A stretch of 63,667 bases of DNA, filler included, from Ministeria vibrans ATCC 50519 (lineage: Eukaryota > Protista > Filasterea), in assembly GCA_943704425.1 (NCBI GenBank). It is 4 parts of 4 records of this genome, joined end to end, with 100 filler letters (N's around TTAATTAATTAA, not from the genome) between each part and the next. Parts side by side here need not be neighbours in the genome. Positions count along the whole stretch, not along the records: positions 21,820 to 47,975 come from CALSCP010000761.1; 3 more parts are not named here. The stretch is one strand, 5' to 3'. The notes below the pieces were generated by a model. That model ran no database searches, was not told the DNA's origin, and worked only from the letters and a program-made list of their open reading frames with translations. The stretch's first letter is position 1, and every line of letters begins with the position of its first letter. Shown in pieces: positions 22,383 to 34,400 of this stretch. The translations under genes were made by a program, and so were the position numbers.

Positions 22383-23161
22383 TCACACACACGCACTCAC
22401 ACTCACACACACACTCACTCACACTCACTCACTCTGCGCTCTCTCAACACCCAAAATTACCCTGATCGTCGTCTTCGTCTTCTTCTTCGTCTTCTTCTTC
22501 GTCCTCGCTCGGATCGTAGATGCCCTGCATGCCATCGCGCGCAAACGACTCGCCAGGAAAGAGAGGGAAAGACGCCTAAACAATTGTGGTCAAAAATACG
22601 TACTGGAGAGACGCACATCGACACCCATGGTTCGTGTAGGCACGAGTTATAAACACAGTGGACAGGGGGGAAGAGAGAGAAAGCGAACAAGAGAGAGAGA
22701 GAGAGAGAGGGAGAGCGAAAAAAGAAACGAATGGATTGTTTTTTTTTTGATGACAAATCATGACGCCTCAAGGCACCCAGCTTCAATGGGCAGGGTAGAC
22801 GTAGAACATGCGCATCGTGTGCCGAGATTACGCACAAAACGACGCCAGACAAACAGAGACGAAACGCCTTTGTTTTTTTTCCTCATTTTTTCTCTCTCAC
22901 TTTCTCTCTTACATGACCAACGCGGACAAGCTTGCCACCAAGCGACTGGGTGTAGGGAGTTGTCGAGGTGTCTGTGACGGGGTTGGCAATGACAGCGTAG
23001 CAGCCACGCGGAATGAGGTGGAAGGGAGTGACGGAGTGAGCGAGCACTTGGTTGTCCATCAGCTGCACAGTCCGTGGGCCCTCGATACACGTCGTGATCG
23101 ACGTGTTCGTTTCGGTCACATGGATGTAGTGGTACGGAGGGATGCGGATCACTTGAGACAT
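21940..23161 (-). CDS. MVP: Major vault protein, N-terminal repeats (3' truncated at scaffold end)
   Basis: [26 protein letters not shown]; [13 protein letters not shown]; [35 protein letters not shown] vault repeats. Confidence 0.85.
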
Positions 23162-23234
23162 TGAAAAAATAATACTGATTAATTTTGGATTGAAAATTTT
23201 AAATTATTATCTATAACTTATCTTATTGTTCGCC

Positions 23235-24899
23235 ATGGACGAACTGGACATCACCAAAGAGAACCTTTCATTTTTGATCCGTGTGGAAGAGCGACTAATT
23301 GATGCGATCAAGGCGGGCGAGCGCGAAACCATTTTCGCCAATGAAACGTCGTACAATCGCCGTCTCGTTCACTGTGTGTGTCAACGCCTGCGTGACGCCG
23401 GTGCTCCACTGAAGCAAAGTGTCTCTGAGGGCGAAGGCGTCGAGCGCAAAACGATTGTGGCTCTTGACGAGGAGCTTTTCGCGTCGCTCGACCTGACCAA
23501 ACCACTGCCTCTGCCGCTCTCTCTGTTGCGCGACATGAAGCCTTCGCCATCGCCGTCGTCGTCACCACAACCGATGAACAGCCAGCCTCCACGAGACTAC
23601 GCCAATGCCTCGCTTGTGTCGGCTAAGAGAGGCACGACAGCGTCGAGTTTAGCCAAGGCTCCGACGACAGACCCATCAACGGGCGAGCGACGCGTCGTAG
23701 GGGTCTATGTACCCCCCGCAGCACGAAGACGACAGCAGCAACAATCTGCACCCTCGTCTTCTTCGGCGCCGAACGACGACGAGATGTGGAGTGAGCAGGA
23801 GCGTGAGCGAGAAGCGGTCCGCTTACGCAAGTGTGCTGTGCTGCGCGGCGAGCTTCCTTCGGCAGCGGCTCTCGCTGAACAGGAACGCGAGAAGAGAGAG
23901 GCCGACGAGCAAGAAAGGGTGCGCAAGCAGCGTGAGGCAGAGCGTCCCGTCGGGAAGGTCGCGACTATTTCGATTTTGTCGGCGAAGCGCAAAGAGGAGG
24001 AGACGCGTGCCAAAGTTGAAGCAGAGAAAATGGAACAGGAAAGGAAGCGAAACGAGGGAGAGGAGGCGAAGAAGAAGAAGGAGCAGAAGAAGACGAAGCA
24101 GAAGGAAGGGGTGGAAAAGGACGAGACGGAAGTGGTGCAAAAGAGCAAAGCGAAGAAGGAGGAGGAAGTGCCCGACAATTGGGACGATGAGTCGGACGAA
24201 GCGGAAGAGACGGAGCAGGAGAGCGAGACGACCAGTGGCGATGACGACTGTGATGCGCTGCCACCTGTAGCAGACTTGAGCAAGGCCAAGTGTGATCATA
24301 TGATGGTGTGTGGGTCGTTTTCGCGGGAGTGGCGGGAGGTGGATGTGCGGGAGCGACTGGGCAGTCACGTGACGGAGATCAAGTGGGTGGACGACACGTC
24401 GTGTGTGTGTGTGTTTGAGAGCATTGAAAGTGCACAGGGGGCGCTCAGAGGCGCACGGAAAAGCATTGAGTATCAGCTGAGACGTGTGAGAGATGCAGGG
24501 TTGAGCATTCAAAGAGTTGCCGGATGTACGTACAAGAGACGCCGAGAGGAAACAAAAGACGTCGCATAGTTGACGGGTATTGTTTTTTGTGTGAATGTAG
24601 ACGTTGGACGATCGAGTGAGCGCAAGGAAAGACCCGCGACGGACACGGGAGTGGCACGCCGACTGGTGGCGGGTGCATTGGGGGTGCGGGTGGTGCAGAC
24701 AGAGAAGGAGCGGGAGCAGAGGCTGACGCGCGAGAGAGGTACGCACACACACAACAGAAACAAATACCACTCGAATTCTTAAACTGGCGTTGATGAATTG
24801 AATGTGTTAGAGCGCAAGGCCGCTCGAGATCGTGCTGCGTTTGCTGTGCCTGACTATGCTAAGAAAGATGAGCGCCCTAGCCAATGGGACGCGCAATGA
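23235..24899 (+). CDS. R3HCC1: R3H and coiled-coil domain protein (R3HCC1/R3HCC1L-like)
   Basis: R3H SYNRRLVH; YVPPAARRR; RRM-like IKWVDDTSCVCVF; ERPATDTGVARRLVAGALGVR. Confidence 0.8.
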
Positions 24900-24953
24900 C
24901 AAACAAAAATTTCGTCTGTAAAACAAAACAAGCCAACTCATTTATTACGATTA

Positions 24954-25809
24954 TTATTCAAAGCGGTAGGAGAGCGTCTTGGGCTCCGAATGGAAGTCAC
25001 GGCCATTGAGAGTGTATGTGATGGTGATGTCGAGGGCACGGTGGTTGAAAGGGCGGCGCTTGAGGGAAAAGGTGCCACTGAGGACATCGGTGAAGTGGAC
25101 GGGAAGGGGCGACGGGAGGAAGAAAGCCGTTTGCTTCCAGTGGGTGTCAGCGTGACCGGGACCAGTGGAAAAGAAGACGGGGGCGGCGTCACAGTTGCGC
25201 TCAAAGGCAATGTCAAAGTACAGCAGGAAGCCATCACAGGTGATAGGGAGAGACTCAGGGGCGAGTGGGGTGCGCGGGTCGGCCGTGACGCGCCGGTTGA
25301 TCACCAGATGAAAGGGACACTCAAACTCAAGATCCTCTCGTGTCACCGTCTGCATGTCCAAATACTTCAATGTAAACGCATTCGAGATGATCTACAAGCA
25401 AAAATGTAAATAATTAATAAATAAAAAAAAACAGAACTGCAGGACACACACGGTTTGGAAGAGCTCTGGCGTTCACTGTTTGTGCGCTACTTACTGTGTC
25501 GGCCGGCACAAAGTCCACCACAGCCTCCTTCTGTGACCATTCCTTCATGGCAGTCATCTTAAAGCCGTACACATCGTCCCAAAAGTCGCTCTTCTGCGCT
25601 CGCCACTCACTGTGCGAAATCGCACACAGATACATTGACGATTTGTCTGGTTGAACAACTGGGATACAAACCAAAATAAGCAACTGACACTGTTGGTTGG
25701 CCTTCATCCTTTTCATTACTACCTCCAGTGGGTGCAAGCCATTTGTCACGAGCAAACAAAACTGAGTCGAGCATACTCTCGTACAAAAGCCCATAGCCCA
25801 TCCCTAAAT

Positions 25810-25886
<77 letters not shown>

Positions 25887-26949
25887 AAAAAAGGTCACGT
25901 TCGGTCCTTCTCCTCTGCCATCGTTCTCTTACATTCACTGATGATCACGTCAATTTCGTCAACGGGCAAGTCCACTTCTTCAATTTTCCCGCGAATCACT
26001 GTGATTCGGTCCTCGTAACCTGAACAAAAGGACTGTTTGTTTTTTCTCACGCTCTGACTCTCCCTTTTTGTATACCGTTTTCAATGACATTTTGCATAGC
26101 ACGAAAAACCACGTTGGACATGTCGATGGCATAGACGTGCTTGGCACCCGCCTGAGCGGCGAACAACGACAAAATGCCCGTGCCACAACCCACGTCAAGG
26201 ACTGTTTTGCCGCGCACCAGTGTCGCCGCGTTGTCGAGGAGACAGGCGCGGTAGGCGTCCGTTCGCACGCGGTCTTTGATCATCTCCATGTGCATGTGGG
26301 GACTGCTGTACGAACCAAAGTAGTTGTCAACGTCCGCCTCAGGCTCGTTGTCCTCATCCTCATCCTCATCCTCCGCCTCATCCGCCTTCTTCTTCGTCGT
26401 CTCCTTCGTCTTCTTCTCCCCATCTTCCGCCTTTGCGTCCGCCTTGCTCTCAGATGGACCTGCCTCGCTCGCGGTGTCGTCGCCTGTCACTTGACTGAGA
26501 ATTTCGGGACTCAGTGCCAGTGCGCCAAAGTCTATTCTCGTGTCACGCGCAGTGTCTGCGTCCGCGCCGCTGTCATCGTCGTCGTCATCGTCATCGTCAT
26601 CGCCAAACGATAGTAAGCTGTCGTTGGCCATCACCGGCTGGAGATAGTCGTCGTTGGAGGCTACGTCAGCGGGAATGGCGCCGGCATTTGCCCACGACTG
26701 AACGTGCGACAAAATCGCAAGCGCCCCATCCCCCTGCGCGTCCTTTGCCTTGCTTCGCACATAGTTGATGATGCGTACTTGCGTGTAAAAGTCGCCACCA
26801 CACGCACGGACGACGGCAGGCAAGGAGAAGGCGTGCGCCTGTTGCATGTGAGCGACCGTTTCCGCAATCTCCTCGTGCGACACCTCACACGCAAGACACA
26901 CGCACTTCTGTGCAGGTTCATTCGACTCCCACGTTTCCCACTCAGACAT
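24954..26949 (-). CDS. PRMT3: Protein arginine methyltransferase 3, spliced
   Basis: N-terminal C2H2 finger (CLAC..HMQQAH..DFYTQVRIINYVR); YFGSYS..HMEMIKDRVRTDAY; VLDVGCGTGILSLFAAQAGA; MGYGLLYESMLDSVL; THWKQT loop. Confidence 0.92.
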
Positions 26950-27102
26950 GACAAGAAAATGAGCAAACTGTGAGAAACAAAATCACAATAAAAAAAATTG
27001 ACAATTTTTGATTTTTGAGTTTTGACTAAGATATTGACACGAATAATATTCTTGGTCTTCTTAGTTCTTGATAACTTTCAACCCCGTCCATTAGTGTTTC
27101 CT

Positions 27103-28761
27103 TTACTTGTTAGGCGCCCGCTGTGGAGTCTCTTGAATAGTCTTAATAAACTCAATGGCAATGGTAAACTGCGCCCACCAGTAGCTCGCCTCGCCAGACG
27201 CACGGTCCTCAAAGAAGTACTTGATAAACTGGATGGTCGACAGCATCGACGGCGGATTGGCACTGAGAATCACGTAGACAAGCACAGGAAAGAAGTCGTC
27301 GGCAGAGGCACTCTTGCCCGTCATTTGCAGCAAATCCTATTAAACACACAAACCACCACACACACACACACACAAACACACACGCACACACAATATGCAG
27401 ACTGGCATACATCCNNNNNNNNNACACAAAAAAAAAAAAAAAAAAAAAAAAGAGGTCAAAATCAACAAGAAACGTAACTAACTCTTTGCTTACCATAATG
27501 GTTTTGCAGCAGAGCACAATGCACGCAAGTTTGTCACCGGGAGCCTTGTACGCATTCACACGCAACAGCTCCTTTTGGGCGGCAGGCCAGGGTGCCTCCG
27601 ACTGCAAATTAACAAACAGTCACATTAGCCACTTGACACGAGTCATCACATCAAGTAATCATTCTGGCTTACTTGATGAATGGGCTGAATCTGAAGACTC
27701 TCGTGGTCAAGTGTGGTGAACGCTTTGACTGTCTCGACGTGCTCGTGGAAGAGAATGTCCTTGTGCACGTCAAGATCGCCATTGGGAAGAAACGCGTTGA
27801 TGTATATCCGACACATAAAATGTTTTTCCATCACAGGGTGAGCCTACACCAAAAAAGACAGGAAAACATAGAAGAAAAAGCAATAGAGAAGAACCGCGTC
27901 AGAATACTCACTCACTCACAAAACAAAACAAAAGAATTCGTACGTCGTCCATGTCATCTTCGCTGGCGAGTGCAAACATCGGATCGGCCTTCATCGTTTC
28001 AAACATGGTCGTGAGAAAGCGACGTGCAAACGAGCTCTTCTCGTCGAGCAGCTCTAGTTCGCTGAACCGACGCACAAACTCGGCAATGGCTTCTTCGCGG
28101 CTCTTGAGAAACTCTCCAATCTTAAATACCTGCAATAATTCAACAAATCAGTGTGAGTTTGCTCACACGCTCCCACACGCTCTTTCACTATGTTTCTTTT
28201 TCCTCTCTATCGCTTTGATTCTTTCTCCCTCTATCACTTTGCTTCTTCTCCTCCCTCCCTCCCCCCCTCCCTCCTCTCTCTCTCAGTCTCACTCGTACTT
28301 TGATGTAATTGAGACAAATCGCGTTTTCCTGAGTGGTACGACTGAGCTGACGCTTCAGAAGCTCGTGGGTCACCAAAAGGTTCTGCTGAAGCGACACAAG
28401 GTACTCAATGTAGCGCGAGCGGGATCGGTAGTCGTGCTCAAGGGCCTGACGCAGTCGAGCACAGTTGTTGTCGAGCAGCTTGGCGGGCAGACGGTTGAGA
28501 CAGCGAAGCATTTCGTGGACGTGTGCCGCCTGTTCGCGGTTGCTCATCGACTGTGCCTCAAATAGTTCCGCTTCGAGTACCTCGATCAGCGACTGGCTGT
28601 GCCACTCGCTACTAAAGCCCATTGCACACAACACAAGACGCAATTTCTGTTTGGCATCTCGCAGACCCTCGACCACCTCGGGCGAGTCTTCCTCCTCTTC
28701 TTCCTCCACCTTGGGTGGAGTCGCCGCCCCGTCCATACCCGACGCGGTCGTTGCTGAAGTG

Positions 28762-28799
<38 letters not shown>

Positions 28800-30983
28800 C
28801 GCCGACGGCTCGGCGATACCACGTTCCATTTCAATGGGCTTCTTGGAGCGCCCACTCTTATCTGTCTGCTCCTTGCTGGGCGACGTCGCCACCGATAAGA
28901 CCTCTTTCTCGGTGAGCAATCGTGTGTCGGGACTCTCGTCAATGGACAACACCAGCACGTCCTTGCTGCCGCTGGTGATGCCACCAGCACTGCCTCCGCG
29001 CTTCATGATCTCGTCCACATCGCCACCCGGCGGCGGAGGAGTAGGCAGACGCTTGAGCAGTGCTGTAAGAAGTGACTTCTTCTCCTCGCTGAGAGCAGCG
29101 GCGCGACTGGCGGCGGCCGCCGAGCGATGGAGCACGTTGAGTTCCTTGACTGTAAGCATGACGGTGTCGCGACGACCACCGTGCACCACCGAGGCAACTG
29201 GATAGCGCAGTGATGTACGTGGGTCTGCAACTTGCACAACACGGTCAAGGAAGGGCGTGATGGAGACGGCGCGCTGAGCAAGACGCGCCATCAAGGGCTT
29301 CATGTACGCTTCGCGCTCACTCATTTGTGCGCCAGTGTTGCCCAGACCACGTGCAAGCGAATGCAATACCTTGGCAATCAGAGTAAGGTTGCGACGTGCC
29401 GATACACTTACAGGCGTGTTCGTGATGATGCCATAGGGCTCGGGATAGATGACGGCCGGATTGAGGAAGCGCAGCAGAAGGAAATCGCCAAGAATGGAAA
29501 GCGACGCAGTGCCGTCCTGTGTCACAGCAAACGCCCCTTCGCGCACCAGTCGACACATGTATCGTATCCCAAACGGCATTGCCGCCAGCTTACTTGAAAA
29601 GCTATGCAAAAGACGAGAGAGAAAAAAAAAAAAAAAAAAAAAAAAAGGGAGAAAAGCGAGGTGAGATTCAATAAGAATGCACGAAAAAGAAGAAAAGTTA
29701 ATGTGTACCTGTCGATAAAGAGGACACAGAGCGAGATGAGCTTGTCATAAATGCTTTCAAGACTGTCGCGCATGGCGGGATGACGCAGGAGCGCCGCCTC
29801 GTCAAGCACACCCGAAATAGGGTTGCGGCACTCGCCTTCGATGCGACGTCGTCGGTCGTGATTGATGGTCAGTAAAACCTGGATGTACAGTTGATTGAAA
29901 AAAAAGAAGAAGGGGGCGGGTCAGGGTGACAGTTGCAGAGCGGTTGTCAAGAAAGTGAGTATGAATGGTGTGAGTCTACCTTGAGTGGCTCAATCTCAAG
30001 GTTGAGCGCATCGTCGGCAAGCACTGTCATGATTGGTTCGTACATGGTCACATTGAGAAACTGCTTTCCGTGCGTAAAGTTTCTACAATAAAAAAAGACA
30101 GTTGTACTTGTGCTTGTCCATTGTCTTTTTATATAATTATATATATTTTTTACCTTGCGTAGATGGTGAACATTTTGGAGATGACTGTGTTTGTGCGGAA
30201 AAAGGTGCGCATTCCGTCGACAGAACGGTCGGCAAGCGCAAATTGCATCTGGAGCGTATTCTACGCGATGCATACAAAAGACGCACACACACACATACAC
30301 AAAGACACACGCCACAAAGACAAAAAGAATACAAATAAGAAAAACCACATCGAGTGAATGCGGTGAGTGGAACGCGTCGTGGATCTTACGCTAAACATGT
30401 CGAGAACACGGATTTCGTCTTCGGGGCCAAAGAAGTTGCCATGAAGTGCAAAGAAGAGGATGTGAATGAGAAGGTCAGTGTCGGTGCGCTGTGCGGTGCA
30501 CACTAGCGTTGCCAGAGTCTCTGGATCACTCTTGAGGAAGCGCAACAGACGCTCGTGATCCGAACAATGAGGCCCAATCACTGCGTGCGCATGGGCATTG
30601 ATGAAGTTGGCCGAGTTGAGCTTTCGCGACTTGCGCTCCTAAGAAGAGAGAGAGAGAGAGGCCATCACAAAAACAGACAGTTCATTTTTCCTCACTTACC
30701 CACTGTTCTACAGAGAGTTTCTGATTCAGCAACAAGTCCAGGTTCCAGTTGAGTCGTTGTGTGGTCCAGGCGGTGTGCATCAGCTTCTCCTGAGTGTCCA
30801 TAGATAAAGTGATACGAAATCAAAATAATTACAAAAAAAAACGGTATTGGGAGATGGATCTTCGGAAAGGGACACATTGGGAAGTGTAGACCACGCACGT
30901 GTACAACAAACGAGGGGTGCATGCATGGGAGTCGAAGGAGAAGAAGCGAAGAGGGATGACAAGAGACGAAAGAACCATAAACG

Positions 30984-31023
<40 letters not shown>

Positions 31024-31247
31024 GTCTCTCTCTCCTCGGCGAAATCGCTACCGTCAGGGCATTGATGCTCAAGTAGAGATCACGGATGGCAGACTTTTGG
31101 GCGGAGACGAAGAGTCGTTCTTTCTTCAGAAGTGCCTAGAGCGAACGAATGAAGGAATGAGCGCAAAGCAGAGCAGATGATTCACTGTATCACCTGCAGC
31201 CGCACAAAGGGCTGTCCGTCAACACGTCCAGGAAGATCGGATGACAT
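27103..31247 (-). CDS. GAPVD1: RasGAP + VPS9 domain protein (GAPVD1/Gapex-5), multi-exon
   Basis: LLKKERLFVSAQK N-terminus; RasGAP MPFGIRYMC..FLLLRFLNPAVIYPE..RRNLTLIAKVL; VPS9 PWPAAQKEL..NAYKAPGDK, SADDFFPVLVYVIL, GEASYWWAQFTIAIEFIK. Confidence 0.9.
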
Positions 31248-31467
31248 GATACAAACTAAGTATAATAACTGTTCAAACTTCAAAGTTCAAAGTGTTCATG
31301 ATTGGCCGTTGGAGTTCATTCATTCATCCAAGTCCCAACCCAAAGTCAAAACAAACTCACTCATATCCAAATTCTTAATTCGGTGAAATTCCAAAATATT
31401 TCGCCTCGGATCTCGTTTACTCTCGCCCATACAGTAGCGTTTCAAAAGTGATCACGAGTGTGTCGAA

Positions 31468-34400
31468 ATGAGGGTGTTTTTCGCTCTCCTTTCCCTTTGT
31501 CTTTTGGGCGTTGCCGCTGCGAACAGTAAGACAACCCGATTTTGTCATTGTCTTGCCTGCGTGCGTGCCCGAGTTATGCTAAGTGCGGCATAGCAAGGGA
31601 GAAATGCTGTGAAATGAGACGCGGAACGTTGCCATTTCGGTTCGCTTTCCTCTCAGACTTGATCAGGATTGACGTGGAATGCCTGTGGAATGCACTCCGG
31701 CGTCACTGTCCTCCTCTCCCCCTTACCCTCCCCGCTTGCCGTCTATCACGCCTATCACGTCTGTCACGCTCTCTTATCGATGCGTGGAGCTCTGAATGAC
31801 AGCGATACCGCCCCGTCCAGCGTCTCGAGTGACTTTTGCTTGTCGTCGGCCAAATGCCACTCAGTGCCATTCGTCCACCCTCATTCCTCATAGAGTCACG
31901 TCCATTCACTTCCTATTGCTTTCTCCTCTCATCACATCCCCTTCTGCGAGTGTACTTGGCCGTCTGACGCCCAGCAGTCGTGACGTTCATTTATTCGCTT
32001 TTGAAAATGCAAATTCCTCTCTCCGAACGATCCGAAAAAATCTTCTCGCTTGTCCTCCAGAGTTGGCTCACTGTATCTCAGTGGTTTGTTTAAAACGCAA
32101 TCTGCGTCCTCTTCTCCTTGAATGTCGCTGTGAATTTCTCGCAGAGGAACTTTTTTTTTGGGCAATCTTTGAAAAATTCCACACAATTGCCTTTTTCGTT
32201 CATTTCGTCCCACTCTCCTCTGAAGGCCACCTCGTTGCTCCCACGATGATCGCTATCCAAATGCACACGTATCACCTCTCTCTGAATTGCAATCGTGTGC
32301 TTTAATTTTGCCGCTGCGTGTTCCGCTCATGTGAACGGCTGTTTCCATTAATTATTATTATTATTATTACTCTTCTTCTTCGTTCATTACTAACTCCTCG
32401 CTCGTATAGGCTGCGATTCTTCGCCGTGCGCCAACGGTGCAACGTGCATAGATTCTTCGTCAACCCTCCGTACGCGTCGAACTGATGCGTATTCCGGGTC
32501 GCATACGTGCGTGTGCGCACCCGGCTTCACTGGCGACATGTGTGAGACGGACATTGACGAGTGCGAGTCAGACCCCTGCGAGAATGGCGGCACCTGCATC
32601 GAGGGCAGCATGCCCGACTCGTACGAATGCACTTGCCCCGTTGAATTTACCGGCACCCACTGCGAAACATCCACTGTGTGCGACTCGTTCCCATGCGCAA
32701 ACGGCGGCACATGCACACACGATATGTATGTTGATCGCCGACGCAGCGTCCCTCCTGCTGCAAGTGGCTTTGCATGCACTTGCGCTGCTGGGTTTACCGG
32801 CGACATGTGTGAGACGGACATTGACGAGTGTGTGTCAGATCCGTGCGAGAATGGCGGCACGTGCATCGAGGGCAGCATGCCCGACTCGTACGAATGCACT
32901 TGCCCCGTTGAATTTACCGGCACCCACTGCGAAACCTCCACTGTGTGCGACTCGTTCCCATGCGCAAACGGCGGCACATGCACACACGATATGTATGTTG
33001 ATCGCCGACGCAGCGTCCCCCCTGCTGCAAGTGGCTTTGCATGCACTTGCGCTGCTGGGTTTACTGGCGACATGTGTGAAACGGACATTGACGAGTGTGT
33101 GTCAGATCCGTGCAACAACGGCGCCACCTGCCTTGACAGCATCGACAGCTTTACTTGTCTCTGTCCCGTCGGCTGGACTGACTCCCTCTGTGACGTTGAC
33201 ATCGACGAGTGCAATTCCTTCCCCTGCGCCAATGGTGCTACTTGCACACAGCCTGCCATCGCCACATTTGGTTGCAACTGTGCCCCTGGGTTCACGGGTG
33301 TCAATTGCGAGACTGACATCAACGAGGTACCAAAAATATAGAAAACAAACAGCCATTCTTATTAAATAATTCTTATTATTTATTCTTATCATTGTTCTTA
33401 TTCTTTTTCCTATTATTTTTATTATTCTATTCTTTTTTATTCTTATTCTTATTTTTTCTTATTCTTATTCTTTTTCTTTTTCTTTCTCTTATAATAATTA
33501 TTATTATAATAATTATTATTCTTATTATAATAATAATTATTGTTTCTGATGATTGTTTTATTTTTGTTTTCTAGTGCGACGGTGCTCCTTGCTTCAACAG
33601 TGGCGTATGCACCAACCTGCTTGCTGACTTTGAGTGCGAGTGTCCCTCCGACGACGGCGTCGTCATCACGGGTGACCAGTGCGAGACCCAAACGGTCACT
33701 GTTGACCCCATGACAACCAACGCCATCGAGTTCTTTGTTGGTATCATTTGGGATCTGATTCTGTCGGGTCTCGATTCGGATGTGCAGGTTATCATCACGT
33801 TTTTCGACAACGACAACAACATGGTGCCATTGGAGCCGGCCGGTATGGGCTTCTACGGATCCGTCTTCACCATCAAAACCATTGTCATCACCGCTGAGGT
33901 TCGTCGTCGTGACACTCCGCAGTACCTCGTCAAGGTGCCTCGTGCCGGTGCACCCGCCGACACCTTTGTCTACGAAAACATCACCGGTGTTTGGGAGCAG
34001 CTTCCTGTACCCACCGCCGAGAGCATGCTCTGCACGCCCGGCTACATTTGCGGCATCTCTCAGAACATGATTGGAATGTACACGCTGCTTGAGCAGCTTG
34101 ACTGCGCCTCAAATCCCTGCAACAATGGCGCCACTTGCAACGAGGGTGTCTTTACGTTTACTTGCACCTGCGCTGCCGGATACGAGGGTCAAACATGCGG
34201 TATCAACATCGATGAGGTACATTAATATTGCAACATGAAAAAACATTGGCAGAATGCAGAGCAAGAACAGTAAAATCCCCCCCCCCCCCCCCTCTCTCTC
34301 TCTCTTTCCTGTGATGTTCTTTAATTTTAGTGCGCGTCCAATCCTTGTCACAATGGTGCTACTTGTGTGGATGGAGTCAATTCCTACCATTGCCTTTGTC

